A stretch of 64,000 nucleotides of DNA, from the NCBI GenBank assembly GCA_965248265.1, contig CBDFJF010000002.1, forward strand, positions 1,952,001 to 2,016,000, given 5' to 3'. The notes under the pieces are model-generated. The model saw only the letters and a program-made list of their open reading frames with translations, ran no database searches and was not told the DNA's origin. This document shows, piece by piece, positions 1 to 10,442 of this stretch (position 1 is the stretch's first letter; each line of letters begins with the position of its first letter). This DNA is from Candidatus Latescibacterota bacterium. Lineage in GTDB: Bacteria > Latescibacterota > UBA2968 > UBA8231. A program made the translations under genes and the position numbers.

Positions 1-236
1 GCCACTTCCCGGTAGACGGCCTGCGTGACACTCTGGTGCATCGCCGTATACACACCGGTGAATCCGACCACGAGGACTGCTGCCACGCCTGTGAGCCAGT
101 AGTAGACGGACGATCTTGGTGAGGATGTACGTGTGCCGGCACCGAGGATCTCGTCGATTCTGGCGGCCGGCAGGGATTTCTCCTGGTAATGGCGGCGTAG
201 CGCCGCGTCCAGGTTCGGTTTTTCGCGATCGCTCAT
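1..236 (-). CDS. Putative membrane-anchored anti-sigma factor (runs off the window edge)
   Basis: Manual translation from ATG at 236, which overlaps the sigma stop (ATGA): MSDREKPNLDAALRRHYQEKSL...YYWLTGVAAVLVVGFTGVY. Short cytoplasmic N-terminus then one TM helix, directly downstream of an ECF sigma. Confidence 0.7.
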   Translation of the reverse strand, partial: MSDREKPNLDAALRRHYQEKSLPAARIDEILGAGTRTSSPRSSVYYWLTGVAAVLVVGFTGVYTAMHQSVTQAVYREV

Positions 237-718
237 GCTTTGCCCTCTTGCCTGTCTCCCCAGGACGGGTTCAGGTGGGCGGCCAGCTTCTTCTTGCCGC
301 GGTGCAGCAAGCTCAGGACCGTGTTGCGGGGGATGTCCATCAAGGCGGAGATCTCTCGAGCCGAGAATCCCTCGACGGCGTTGAGGTAGATGGCTTCGCG
401 CTCCTCCGGCCTGATCAGCGCCAGCGCCCGGTCCATCTCGTCGGAATCCACCTCAACAATTGTAGGTACCAGGGTAGATGCAAGGTTTCCATGCTCCTCC
501 TCGTCGAATGGCTCGAAGACGACCAGCTTGCTCCGCCGGTACCAGTCGATGTAGAGATTCCGAATCGCCGTGAAGAGCAGGGAGGGCGTCGGGCTCGAAC
601 CGTGACGGCGCAGCAGTCTCATCCATGCCTCCTGGACGAGGTCTTCGGCATCGGCCTCTCTGTGCGTCAGCGACAGCCCGTAGCGATAGCCCGACTGCAG
701 TAGATCCCTGTCTTCCAT
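233..718 (-). CDS. ECF-type RNA polymerase sigma factor
   Basis: Region 2 (DAEDLVQEAW, AIRNLYIDWYRR) and region 4 (REAIYLNAVEGFSAREIS...NTVLSLLHRG) motifs; 161 aa. Confidence 0.93.
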   Translation of the reverse strand: MEDRDLLQSGYRYGLSLTHREADAEDLVQEAWMRLLRRHGSSPTPSLLFTAIRNLYIDWYRRSKLVVFEPFDEEEHGNLASTLVPTIVEVDSDEMDRALALIRPEEREAIYLNAVEGFSAREISALMDIPRNTVLSLLHRGKKKLAAHLNPSWGDRQEGKA

Positions 719-742
719 TAGGCGAAACCCAGGCAGAACCCG

Positions 743-1138
743 TCAGGGACCCGCACTCTCCAGTTCGTATTTGCGTTTGACGCCGTCGACCTTGTGGACG
801 ACCCCCTCGAGAACCCGCAGCTCATCTCCGATACCGCCGACCAGGAAGTCGAGGTCGTACTGGCGTCCGGCGGCGTCGGAAAAATCGGCGCAACTCACGT
901 AGAACTCTGCCTTCTTGACGATGCCACTGTGCAGTTCGCCAAACTTCAATCGCAGGAGTTTGCCTTCAGTACCATCATAAATCACGTAGACGGAGTCCAC
1001 CATGCTGTCGGCGACATGGGTGGCCATCGCCTCGTGAATGTCAGCCCTGAGCTTGCCCTTGATGCTGGGATCATCCCCGGCGAAGGCGGCAGCAGCCAGG
1101 GTGAGCACTGCGACCATCGCCAAACAATAAACTCTCAT
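743..1138 (-). CDS. Secreted hypothetical protein, first gene of the ECF operon
   Basis: Signal peptide ending AFA; GAGGAGG RBS upstream; co-oriented with the sigma/anti-sigma pair. Confidence 0.75.
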   Translation of the reverse strand: MRVYCLAMVAVLTLAAAAFAGDDPSIKGKLRADIHEAMATHVADSMVDSVYVIYDGTEGKLLRLKFGELHSGIVKKAEFYVSCADFSDAAGRQYDLDFLVGGIGDELRVLEGVVHKVDGVKRKYELESAGP

Positions 1139-1204
1139 TCATGCCTCCTCTTGGTAGATGTCAGGACTGCAGGGTGCAGGCCTGGCTGTCATGGGTCTAC
1201 CTGG

Positions 1205-1233
1205 TAAACGATCGAAACGTCGGATTGATTGCA
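1205..1233 (-). promoter_or_regulatory. Possible ECF-dependent promoter
   Basis: Minus strand TGCAAT-N17-CGTTTA upstream of the ECF operon; a CGT-containing -10 is typical of ECF promoters. Confidence 0.35.
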
Positions 1234-1437
1234 GGGGCTGCGCGGATCCCTTTCGGGCACCGCTTGTGACTAGAGCATTTTTAACGTGTTTTTGTTACGT
1301 ATGATTACAAGAATACGCCAAATACAGAATTCCCTGGTGGATTTACACGCCAGGGATCGGGGACGGATGCTGGTTCTGACAGGAGCCCGTCAGTGCGGCA
1401 AGTCCACGCTCGCCATTCACTGACAGGAGGCACCTCC

Positions 1438-2832
1438 TTGATACCACGTCCGATCGACCTGAGCCAGGACCAGCTGTTCATCGACGATCGCTGGGTCGGA
1501 GAAACCCAGCGTCTGTCGCGCCTGTGGCACCGGGCCGAGATCTTTCCCGAACCGGTCGTGCGACCCGACAGACCGTGGGAGGGTTCGACGCTGCTGATGA
1601 CGGGTACCGTCTTCAAGGTCGCCGACACCTGGAGGATGTACTACCTGACCCGCGGCACGGCGACGGCCCCGCCCGCGTTCTGCGTCGCCGAGAGCGACGA
1701 CGGTCTGCACTGGCACAAGCCCGAGCTCGGGCTCTATGAGGCCGACGGCAGCCGCGACAACAACATCGTCTTCGCCGAGCGCTTCAAGTGCCCATCGGTC
1801 TGCTACGAGCCCGATGATGACGAGGCGCCGTTCAAGCTGTTCTACCACGGTCCCTCCAGCAAGGTCGACCCCGGCCTCTATGTCGCCGTCAGCAGGGACG
1901 GTTATTCCTTTGAGCGGCTTCCGGGCCCCATCGCCACCAGTACCGGAGAGCGCGAGCACGTGATGCTCGAGCGCATTGAGGGCAGGTATGTCGTGCTCTC
2001 CAAACCCGTGGACCCCTACGAGGTGACGGGCGGACGCTGCGTCGTCGTCATCACGAGCCCGGACCTGCGTGAGTTTACCGAGCCGCAGCTGATCATGAAG
2101 CAGGACCTGCTCGACGATTTCAACGCCGAGATCTACGGCATGGTGGCCTTCCCCTACGCCGATCGCTACATCGGACTGCTCGAGCGCTATCACGGCATCC
2201 CCGACGTCATCGACATCTGCCTGGCCTGGTCGGACGACCTCGTGAGCTGGCAGCGGCCGCCGCAGCGCGAGGCCTTCATCGGCGCCGAGTACCCGTGGAA
2301 CAAGCGCTGGAACAGCCCGGCGTCGTCACCGCCCATCCGCAAGGGCAATCAGCTCTGGTTCTACTTCGGCGGCATGAGCGGTGCCCACGACCACTCCAAA
2401 TCCAATGCCGCGCCCTGCTACGGCGCCATCGGTCTCGCCACCATCACCGTCGACCGCTTCGCGTCGCTGTCGGCGGGGTTCCGCGGCGGCAAACTCGTCA
2501 CCAAACCGATGACATGGCCTGGCGGCGATCTGGCGATCAATGCATCGACGTCCGCCGCCCTCGAAGGCGACCCGCGCCTGAAGGACGGTTCCATGCGGGT
2601 GGAGGTCCTCGATGAGGCGCTGCAGCCGGTGCCGGACTTCAGCGGCGAGGACGCGGCGCACTTCTGCGATAACATGCCGATGCGCGGCTTCACCGATTCG
2701 GCCGTCCTGCGCTGGCGGGGAGAAGAGCGCAGTCTCGACACCCTGGCCGGCAAGACGATCCGCCTGCTCTTCCGCATGGAGCACGCCCATCTCTACAGCT
2801 TCCGCAGTACCCGTGTAGAAGAAGCCTCATGA
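1438..2832 (+). CDS. Beta-propeller glycoside hydrolase-like protein (GH32/GH43/GH130-like fold)
   Basis: QLFIDD N-terminus, WRMYY, AESDDGLHW and SRDG/SDD boxes, C-terminal DRFASL...LYSF domain; AGGAGG before TTG at 1438; paralogue at 42913-44346. Confidence 0.75.
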   Translation: MIPRPIDLSQDQLFIDDRWVGETQRLSRLWHRAEIFPEPVVRPDRPWEGSTLLMTGTVFKVADTWRMYYLTRGTATAPPAFCVAESDDGLHWHKPELGLYEADGSRDNNIVFAERFKCPSVCYEPDDDEAPFKLFYHGPSSKVDPGLYVAVSRDGYSFERLPGPIATSTGEREHVMLERIEGRYVVLSKPVDPYEVTGGRCVVVITSPDLREFTEPQLIMKQDLLDDFNAEIYGMVAFPYADRYIGLLERYHGIPDVIDICLAWSDDLVSWQRPPQREAFIGAEYPWNKRWNSPASSPPIRKGNQLWFYFGGMSGAHDHSKSNAAPCYGAIGLATITVDRFASLSAGFRGGKLVTKPMTWPGGDLAINASTSAALEGDPRLKDGSMRVEVLDEALQPVPDFSGEDAAHFCDNMPMRGFTDSAVLRWRGEERSLDTLAGKTIRLLFRMEHAHLYSFRSTRVEEAS

Positions 2833-2848
2833 GTCAGGTGCACGACCG

Positions 2849-2956
2849 ATGAACAACCCAGTACAAGGACGCGTCGTTGAGAAAGGATCCGGCGAGGGCG
2901 TGCCGGAGATCCCCCCCTCAGTGCCTGGCGTCCGCAGGCCGCCAACCCGTGGATGA
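2849..2956 (+). pseudogene. 5' fragment duplicating the start of the 11292 metallophosphoesterase gene
   Basis: MNNPVQGRVVEKGSGEGVPEIP versus MSQPVQGRVIERESGEGVPEIP; 57/65 nt identical by manual alignment; then diverges and stops after 35 codons. Confidence 0.8.
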
Positions 2957-3002
2957 TCGGGAGGATGCTGTCGCGGAGTTATCGGGGTGATCCGTGGACG
3001 CG

Positions 3003-4052
3003 CTACAGCACGACCGGCCTTCCGGTGCGGGCCGACTCGTAAATGGCCACGATGATTTCGAGCGGCTTTCTGCCCTCGTGCTGATCGACCGCGGTCGGTC
3101 TGTCCTCTCTGACCGCCTCCACGAGGTCGGTGATCTGGAGAACATGGCCCGCCGCGTTCATGGCACCGGGATCACTGGCAGCTCCGCCGGAAGGATCGCT
3201 AAGGACCACATCTGCGGGGATCTCCTGTCCCTCGATGTCCCAGGACACCAGCACGTCTTCCGCCATCACGATGGTCCCGTTCTCGCCTGAGATCTCCATT
3301 CGGCGCGGATAACCCGGGTACACCGAAGTCGTGCCCTGGATGACACCGAGCGCTCCGCTTTCCCATTCCACCACGGCGGATGCGGTGTCCTCGACCTCGA
3401 TGTTTTTGCGCACGAGCGTTTTGACGATGCCGTGGATGGATTTGGGGCGACCCATCACATGCTGCAGCACGTCAATGCCGTGAATACCCTGGTTCATCAG
3501 CGCGCCGCCGCCGTCCATTTCCCAGGTTCCCCTCCAGCCGCCCGAGTCGTAGTACTCCTGAGAGCGGAAGAACTTCATATAGACGTCACCGGAAACCAGC
3601 CGGCCCAGCACGCCCTCATCGACGGCTCTCCTCAACCGGCGCAACGCCGGCGAGTACCGCAGCTGGGAGACGACTTCCATTTTCACGCCGCTCGACTCCA
3701 CCGCCTCTATGGCCGCGTCCGCCTCTTCGAGATTCAACGCCATTGGCTTCTCGACGACGATATGCTTGCCGGCTCTGGCCGCTTCGACTGACAGGCGAGC
3801 GTGATGACCCGTGGGCGTGCAGATGCAGACCGCGTCGACCTCGCTGCTTGCCAGGAGCTCTTCGACCGAATCGAAAGCCTGGCCTCCGTGTTTTGCGGTC
3901 AGCTTATGCCGGGATTGCCCGGTCACGTCGGCGGCGCCGACCAGCCGCGCGCCCTCCACGTCGGCCAACGCCGTGGCATGAAAGTTGGCAATCATGCCAC
4001 ATCCGATAATTCCGAACCCCATTCCACTGTTGCTCATCGTATTCAACCTCAC
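3003..4052 (-). CDS. Gfo/Idh/MocA family NAD(P)-dependent oxidoreductase
   Basis: GIIGCGMIA Rossmann motif, CTPTGHH, VEKPMA, GGGALMNQGIHGID. Confidence 0.93.
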   Translation of the reverse strand: MRLNTMSNSGMGFGIIGCGMIANFHATALADVEGARLVGAADVTGQSRHKLTAKHGGQAFDSVEELLASSEVDAVCICTPTGHHARLSVEAARAGKHIVVEKPMALNLEEADAAIEAVESSGVKMEVVSQLRYSPALRRLRRAVDEGVLGRLVSGDVYMKFFRSQEYYDSGGWRGTWEMDGGGALMNQGIHGIDVLQHVMGRPKSIHGIVKTLVRKNIEVEDTASAVVEWESGALGVIQGTTSVYPGYPRRMEISGENGTIVMAEDVLVSWDIEGQEIPADVVLSDPSGGAASDPGAMNAAGHVLQITDLVEAVREDRPTAVDQHEGRKPLEIIVAIYESARTGRPVVL

Positions 4053-5383
4053 ACAATATTAGAAGCGCCCCAGGCACCCATATCCGGTGGATTGCCCTCG
4101 TCGCCGGCCAGCAGCTCGCCGTAGTTGGCCGCCACTTTCCTGAAAGCATTGGCATATTCCTCGATGATCTCCGGCCGGTAGTGCTTGAACCAGGGGATCT
4201 CGAAGACCCGCTCGCTGAAGCCCTCGGTCGCAGGCAGGCTGCCCGGCGGCTGCCTGAGATCGCGGTCGGAGTTGGCAATTCGTGTCGGCTTGCCGTGGCC
4301 GTAGATGTCGGCCGTGTTGAACAGCGGGTGCAGGTGCAGTGGTTTGTTGCATCCGGGGACACAGGTGGTCGCACCCTCCGCCCGCACCGCCTCCGCGAAC
4401 CTGGATACCGAGAGATTCCCCAGCTGTGCGGGATTGTACAGACCACGGGCGGCATACCAGCCCCCCATCGTGCTGCCGCTGCCCTTAGGCGGCCGGTGGG
4501 CAACCACCCCCGGCACCCCTTCGAGCAGGTCCCAGAAGTGATTCATGGCCCTGTCGATCTGTGCTATGCGCTCATCGTAATACTTGAGCTGGACCTGGCC
4601 CACGGCGGCGCTCATCTGATGCATCCGGAATTTGTGCCCACCCATGGGCAATCCGGCATACGGCTGCAGGCTCTCGGTCTGCACGGTGTCGTCGAATCTC
4701 AGATAGTGTCCCCAGGCCACGCAGCGCTCGTGCACCTCCAGATCATCGGTGACGACGATTCCGGCCTCGCCGATGGCCATGCTTTTGTAGGTCATCAGCG
4801 ACATGGCTCCGACATCGAAGGTGCCCAGCTTCCTGCCCTTGTAGAGACTGCCCTGGCCGTGGGACACATCCTCGATGACCCGCAGACCGTGCTTGTTGGC
4901 GATCGCCATGATCGCGTCCATGTCGGCGGGATATCCCAGATAGTGGACGACCATGATCGCCTTGGTGCGATCGGTTATCCGGTGCTCGATGTCTCCGGGA
5001 TCGATACAGAGTGTGTCCGCGTCGATGTCGGCAAAGACGACGGTTGCTCCCAGGCTGTAGCACTGGAGGATCGACGCCCAGAAGGTGGCGCTGGGACAGA
5101 TGATCTCATCACCGATGCCGATCTTGCAGCCGAACATGGCCGAGTGCACGGCGGATGTTCCGTTGTTGGTCCCGAGGGCGTATTTCGTTCCCATCCACGC
5201 GGCGAACTCCTGCTCGAACTGCCTGGTCTGGTCGATATCCGACATCTTTCTCTGCCGCAGAACGCCCAGCACGGCCTCCTCGTCTTCGGATGTGACGATC
5301 GGCCACGTGAACATGTCACCGGGATCCCGCTGCACTGCCTTGGGCCCGCCCAGGAGCGCCAGTTGTGCTGAGATACTCATCAT
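4049..5383 (-). CDS. DegT/DnrJ/EryC1/StrS family PLP-dependent aminotransferase
   Basis: LALLGG start, NNGTSA, TKAIMVVH, IEDVSHG, SLMTYKS (PLP lysine), GEAG. Confidence 0.93.
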   Translation of the reverse strand: MMSISAQLALLGGPKAVQRDPGDMFTWPIVTSEDEEAVLGVLRQRKMSDIDQTRQFEQEFAAWMGTKYALGTNNGTSAVHSAMFGCKIGIGDEIICPSATFWASILQCYSLGATVVFADIDADTLCIDPGDIEHRITDRTKAIMVVHYLGYPADMDAIMAIANKHGLRVIEDVSHGQGSLYKGRKLGTFDVGAMSLMTYKSMAIGEAGIVVTDDLEVHERCVAWGHYLRFDDTVQTESLQPYAGLPMGGHKFRMHQMSAAVGQVQLKYYDERIAQIDRAMNHFWDLLEGVPGVVAHRPPKGSGSTMGGWYAARGLYNPAQLGNLSVSRFAEAVRAEGATTCVPGCNKPLHLHPLFNTADIYGHGKPTRIANSDRDLRQPPGSLPATEGFSERVFEIPWFKHYRPEIIEEYANAFRKVAANYGELLAGDEGNPPDMGAWGASNIV

Positions 5384-5410
5384 CCCTTCCTCCGAGTTTA
5401 TCCGGTACTG

Positions 5411-6709
5411 TTACGACCGCGCCGGATCCTGATCAATCAACTCATACACGAGGTGGTGGACACCTTCGAGCACTTCTTGCTCGGAAGCAGCCGTGTAGGC
5501 GCCGTCAGCCTCGTATCCTCCCTCATCGAGCATATGCGCGCGGGGAAAATATCCGACATCGCCCGATGTGTACCCCAGAACAAATACCTTTCCGTGTCCC
5601 GCCAGATCTTTTTCGATATCGAGTGCGTACTCTCCCATTGGCTCGCCGGGCAGTCCGACAAACCACACGTCACCGATCCTCATCGCCTTTATGGGGAAGT
5701 TCACGAAGCCGTCTTCGATACGGTCCCTCTTGTCCAACGCTCGATCCTGTTTTGCTTCATCGGCGGTTACCGCCAACATCTCGTGACCGGCTGAAATACT
5801 GAACGCCTGCTCGCGCTTATCGACAAACTCGCGCACCCTCAGCCTGGTGGCGACTTTCACAGCCTCAGCTCCGAGCGACCAGCCGCACCACATCACATCG
5901 ATCTCGCCGCCGCTGCGGCCAAAGTCGTCGACGCTCGATTTCCAACCCCCGATCGAGGGTAGATTCGCCCGAACATCACCGCTGCATCCCTGGAGAAACA
6001 TCGCCGTTGTCCTGGCGCCGAAGCTCCGCTCCACGAATGCTTTGGCCACACCCGGAAAGTCTGCAGTGATCTGGGTGTTGGCGCCACGGAAGACGTTGGC
6101 ATGACAGACGGCATGCATGATAACGGCCATGGGCTCGGCGCTGTCTCCATCATCGATGCGCAGGACTTTGACACGGTGGTCGCATATCCCATCCGGGTTC
6201 AGTCCGCTGTGGCACTTGCCGTCGGCATCGATGCACCGACGGTTGACGTTGAAGTCGATGATTCCCTCTCCATACCCGAGGCTTACCGGCCGCAGGTTGC
6301 CCACCGCCATGCTGACCGCGCCGGCAACCTTCGCCGTAACCTCATGCTGATAGCATTCATCGGTATGAAACCAGGGACTGCCGTGGGTATGTGATGTGTT
6401 GATGATGATGTGGTCCGGGGCAATTCCAGATGTTTCCCCGATGGCGGCTCTGAATGCATCGCCATCCCGCTGCATTGCCTGTATCGAATCCAGGGTCACC
6501 AGTGCCGCGCGCTTCTTCCCGTCGTCGAACACGACAGCCACTGCGTGAAGCGGATCGCGGATGCCGGTTGCAGGGCCTTCCCGGTCGGCATATCCACCGA
6601 GAGGAACCGATATGGGGGGCGTGATATCCACTCTGGCGATACCGGCCGCGAGATTGGTCAGGACCACTGCGTCGGGAGCTGGCTCATTTGGTTGCCCATT
6701 GTCTGCCAT
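5411..6709 (-). CDS. Neutral/alkaline ceramidase-like amidohydrolase
   Basis: RVDITPP, RDPLHA, SHTHGSP, CHAN, ADFPG, FLQGCSGD, LPGEP and GGYE motifs. Confidence 0.85.
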   Translation of the reverse strand: MADNGQPNEPAPDAVVLTNLAAGIARVDITPPISVPLGGYADREGPATGIRDPLHAVAVVFDDGKKRAALVTLDSIQAMQRDGDAFRAAIGETSGIAPDHIIINTSHTHGSPWFHTDECYQHEVTAKVAGAVSMAVGNLRPVSLGYGEGIIDFNVNRRCIDADGKCHSGLNPDGICDHRVKVLRIDDGDSAEPMAVIMHAVCHANVFRGANTQITADFPGVAKAFVERSFGARTTAMFLQGCSGDVRANLPSIGGWKSSVDDFGRSGGEIDVMWCGWSLGAEAVKVATRLRVREFVDKREQAFSISAGHEMLAVTADEAKQDRALDKRDRIEDGFVNFPIKAMRIGDVWFVGLPGEPMGEYALDIEKDLAGHGKVFVLGYTSGDVGYFPRAHMLDEGGYEADGAYTAASEQEVLEGVHHLVYELIDQDPARS

Positions 6710-6924
6710 GTGTATTCACCTTGATCAAATGGGTTGCAGGCTGTCTCAGTGTCCTACCTCTATAGTAGTCCGACTCCGGCTCAGCTCAATGACGGGGAGG
6801 GGCTCGTCAACAACCGCGCTTACCTCGAGCTGGCGCCATATGTCGGTCCGGAATTCCAAATGGCCGAAGTCGGTGCGCTCTGGCAGACATCACATGGGGG
6901 TGTCGGTTCCCTATCACAGCGACC

Positions 6925-8043
6925 TCACACCGTGACGCGCGCCCAGCGCACACTCAGCTGCGTCGAATCCGATCCCGCGTAGTAGATGAGCAGGACCTGA
7001 CCGTCTTCGAGCTCGACGCCGGCGGGATGTCCGAACGACCACACGGCCATACTGTCCCAGTACTCGTCGTAATCGGCACCGTCCATCCCGGCTTCACGGC
7101 CAGGGGTATCGTAAAGGGAAATCTCGCCGTCGTGGTCCCAGCTCCTGCCGTCATCGCCGGAGATGATCAACCGCATGGAGCCGGGCGAGTGCCGGTGCAC
7201 GTAAAACGCCAGCAGGCGCCCGTCACGCAGCGGGATCGGCGCGGCGATCTGGCCGTCGATGCCGGTCGAGACCGGCTCGCTCCAGGTCAGCGAGTCCGGG
7301 TCTCCCCATGCCAGGTGCAGCGGCACGTCGGTCTCTGTCTTGCGGTCGTAGGTCCAGAAGAGAGCGACAGGTCGGCCCGTCCGCGGGCAGACCGCCTGGC
7401 GTTGATCCCAGTAGACGTACTTGCGTCCGGGGTGGCTGGCGACTTCGGCGATGCGGTCGTAGGAGCGGCCATCGCGGCTGAACAGCCCGGCGGCCACCTG
7501 CAGCTCAGGTTCTCCGGGCGCCTTCGAGGCGCAGTGCTCGAACGTGAGCAGCCAGCCCTTGCCCGGGAAGCGCAGCGGAGCGCCAGCCAGCACGGACGAG
7601 TGCAGTGCGCCGGTGTCCAGGAGCTCGTAGTCGCTCCAGGTGCGCCCACCGTCATTCGACTCCGCCTTCAGCAGTTTCGCCGGAGCCAGCTCCAGCGTGT
7701 CGGGGTTGCGGATGACGTCAGGTGGTGTTTCGGATCGATCCAGCCACGACAGGAAGCCGACGAGCGTACCGTCATCCAGCTCGGTCAGTTCGGCGGCGCG
7801 CACTTCGCCCTCGACGCCATCGACGCGCGATTCGAAGCGTTCGCAGATCGTCCGCCACGTCTTGCCGGCATCCGTCGATTCGGCAATCATGCAGTTTCCG
7901 TCGGGGGACATCTTGGTGCTGCCGCGACGGCACGGGACCAGAATCACTCCGGAATCGAGACGGCAGATGGATGTGAAGAAATGGGCGCGCGGTCCGGAGA
8001 CCGCGTCCGCGTCGACGACGAACCCTTCGTCGATGATTTTCAT
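6925..8043 (-). CDS. BNR/Asp-box repeat sialidase-like protein
   Basis: Asp boxes STDAGKTW, SNDGGRTW, SRDGRSY, SGDDGRSW; GGAGG RBS before MKIIDEG. Confidence 0.85.
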   Translation of the reverse strand: MKIIDEGFVVDADAVSGPRAHFFTSICRLDSGVILVPCRRGSTKMSPDGNCMIAESTDAGKTWRTICERFESRVDGVEGEVRAAELTELDDGTLVGFLSWLDRSETPPDVIRNPDTLELAPAKLLKAESNDGGRTWSDYELLDTGALHSSVLAGAPLRFPGKGWLLTFEHCASKAPGEPELQVAAGLFSRDGRSYDRIAEVASHPGRKYVYWDQRQAVCPRTGRPVALFWTYDRKTETDVPLHLAWGDPDSLTWSEPVSTGIDGQIAAPIPLRDGRLLAFYVHRHSPGSMRLIISGDDGRSWDHDGEISLYDTPGREAGMDGADYDEYWDSMAVWSFGHPAGVELEDGQVLLIYYAGSDSTQLSVRWARVTV

Positions 8044-8144
8044 GTTTCCTCCATGGAGAGCGCTCGTGGATTTCCTGGCGTGAGCCTGCATCGAGAAGTT
8101 TAGTCCGCACACGACAACGCCTCCACCTCTCGGCAGTATTCCGT

Positions 8145-8444
8145 CTACCTGGTCCGGCGACAACGTCTGTACAACCGTGCCCAGTGAAGAGCATCTCGAC
8201 ATCGCGGCAAATCCGGTCTGTTAGGGAGCCCGCCGCCGGCCTCAATCTCTTCCGCCAGCACCCACGAGCTGGCGAGCGTGATACACGCCGCCAACCGCGA
8301 GACACGACAGCCGATCGCCAGCCCGATTGTGAGCGTGACGCCTGGTGCCTGAAACTTCAATGGTGTCTCGATGAATGACAGGCCGAGAGTCAGGCCGAAC
8401 CAGACTAGAGTCGTTGCGACCAATGCCACTCCCAGCATCATCAC
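8145..8444 (-). pseudogene. Small membrane protein (DUF4149-like), probably truncated
   Basis: WFGLTLGLSFIETPLKFQAPGVTLTIGLAIG resembles a conserved small membrane family; the C-terminal half loses hydrophobic character. Confidence 0.5.
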
Positions 8445-8456
8445 GCTCCGTCGTTT

Positions 8457-10442
8457 TCAGTATGGGTAGGCGAACACGGGCACATGGTTGCCGGTGCCGC
8501 CGAGGATGAAGTCGACGACCATCCAGAAGGCGGCGGCCGAGACCTGTCCCAGGATCATGCCCAGGAAGAAGGGCCGCAGTGCGAGGTAGTAGCGCACGCC
8601 GCCGTAGCGCAGGAGGACGGCCTTGAACGTCGAGGCCAGGAAGATACTGAACCAGGCGCGCTTGATGACGTTGCCGGCCGACACGGCGAAACCGATCGGG
8701 TGCAGGGGCCACCACAGGAAGTGGTGCCGCGCCCAGATCAGGGCCGCCATCACCGCCCCGCCCACCGCCGTCCACAGCGCCCGCGGCCACATGATGTCCG
8801 GCGACTCCGAGAACCCCATCGGATTCTGCAGCTTGTACTGGATGTGCGCGTGGGTGTTGCGGGGGTTCCCGATGAAGAACCAGCTCTCCAGGTTGACGGC
8901 GCCGTGCTCGTAGGCCGACCACAGGATGATACCCAGGGAGCCGGCCAGGGTCACGACGATGGCGACGACCATGACCCAGAACAAGGGCCGCTTGAGCGCT
9001 CCCACGCCTTCCGCCAGCTTCATCGCGTTGATGGCGGCCGCCATCAGCAGGACGCGGTTGCTACCGGTCCAGGAGAAGGTCAGGGCGAGGCTGAAGATAC
9101 CGGCGTCCGTCACGGCTGAGGTGCCGGCAAAGTTGGTGAGGATGGTCTGGGACGACACCATCGGCGACATGAATCCGAGTCCGGCCTCGGCGACGACGCG
9201 CGCCGTGAACAGGAAGATGGCGAAGGTCAGCAGCAGAAAAAGGACGGTGTAGAAGAGGGGCACTCCCGACATGTAGAGCCAGATGGTCGTGAAGGTGCCA
9301 CATCCCAGCAGGATCGCCACCGCAGTCCGGTAAGACAGAATCTCGCCGCTGTCGTCGACGCCGCGGCCGGTGATCACCTTGTGCCAGATCGCTTTGATGT
9401 GGCCGCGGCTGACCCAGGCGCCGAAGAGGACGAGGACGACCATGGCCCCCAGACCCTCGTGGGCGATCAGGAGGGTCCCCTCCATGAAGCGTTCGATCTC
9501 GCCCTTCAGGCGGTAACCGACCATGTACTGCCAGGTCATCTGCACCTGGGCAAGCAGGTGGAAGAACCAGAAGCTGGTGGCCACCTGCAGGCTGAGCAGG
9601 TAGGCCAGCCCGAGGACGGTGAAGCTGAGGTTGATCGCCACGGAGTGCATGTCCGGGAAGAGCTTGACGTAAGAGTACAGCAGCGGATCCGGCAGGACGG
9701 GATGGTAGTGGTGCAGTCCCTTCATGCTCAGCAGGATGAAGGCCAGGGCGAAGCCGGACCACATCAGTGGACTGCGGAAGAAGGGTCCCAGCACCTTGCG
9801 TGTCCCGCCCGTCTCCGCCATCTCCATCGGCAGCTGCACCAGAGGGAACGCCAGGCGCTCGTTTTCCACCCACTGGTGCCGCACCAGCACCATGGCGGCG
9901 ATCATCATCAGGTAGATGGCGAAGATGAAGGAGGCCCAGGCCAGCAGCGGCACCAACCAGGCACCCCAGGGCAGGGGCGCGCCGGCGGGCAGTCCCTGGA
10001 AGAAATCCCGAATGGCATTGGCGTCGGAGGGTACCATCCAGTCCCGCACCAGAGGGAACAGCAACTCCTCCCAGTTGTTCTCCGGCGTGGCGAAGTAGTA
10101 GACGGCCGGCAGCATCGGCACCAGGTTGGAAGCGAAGCCCCACGTCGGGATCGTCGACGCGATGATGAGCATGATGTAGATGACCGTCAGCTCGGCGCGG
10201 TTGAATGCCCACTTGGGACGGATCAATCTGATGCAGGGATTGAGAAGCAGGGTGACGAGGAAGAAGACGCAGATGGCCCCGGCGGTAATGTGATCGGAGG
10301 ACATGTCCGACGTCGACAGGACGATGCGCCCGTAGGTGAAGCCGACGCTGATGATGAGGGTCAGCAGGGTCCCGAAGATGACGGATCGCCAGGTGATGGC
10401 GGACCGCTTCGGGGATGCTGTGTCGGAAGGGAGGCTGGTCAT
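8457..10442 (-). CDS. Polytopic membrane protein, DUF6785/DUF6784-type (putative transporter)
   Basis: Many TM segments; RHQWVENERLAFPL, ARVVAEAG, WWPLHPIG, RYGG...PFFLGMILG motifs. Confidence 0.8.
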   Translation of the reverse strand: MTSLPSDTASPKRSAITWRSVIFGTLLTLIISVGFTYGRIVLSTSDMSSDHITAGAICVFFLVTLLLNPCIRLIRPKWAFNRAELTVIYIMLIIASTIPTWGFASNLVPMLPAVYYFATPENNWEELLFPLVRDWMVPSDANAIRDFFQGLPAGAPLPWGAWLVPLLAWASFIFAIYLMMIAAMVLVRHQWVENERLAFPLVQLPMEMAETGGTRKVLGPFFRSPLMWSGFALAFILLSMKGLHHYHPVLPDPLLYSYVKLFPDMHSVAINLSFTVLGLAYLLSLQVATSFWFFHLLAQVQMTWQYMVGYRLKGEIERFMEGTLLIAHEGLGAMVVLVLFGAWVSRGHIKAIWHKVITGRGVDDSGEILSYRTAVAILLGCGTFTTIWLYMSGVPLFYTVLFLLLTFAIFLFTARVVAEAGLGFMSPMVSSQTILTNFAGTSAVTDAGIFSLALTFSWTGSNRVLLMAAAINAMKLAEGVGALKRPLFWVMVVAIVVTLAGSLGIILWSAYEHGAVNLESWFFIGNPRNTHAHIQYKLQNPMGFSESPDIMWPRALWTAVGGAVMAALIWARHHFLWWPLHPIGFAVSAGNVIKRAWFSIFLASTFKAVLLRYGGVRYYLALRPFFLGMILGQVSAAAFWMVVDFILGGTGNHVPVFAYPY

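Noticed and set aside
6734-6982. 82-aa plus-strand ORF
   Set aside because: No recognisable motif or RBS, and it overlaps the end of the sialidase-like gene.
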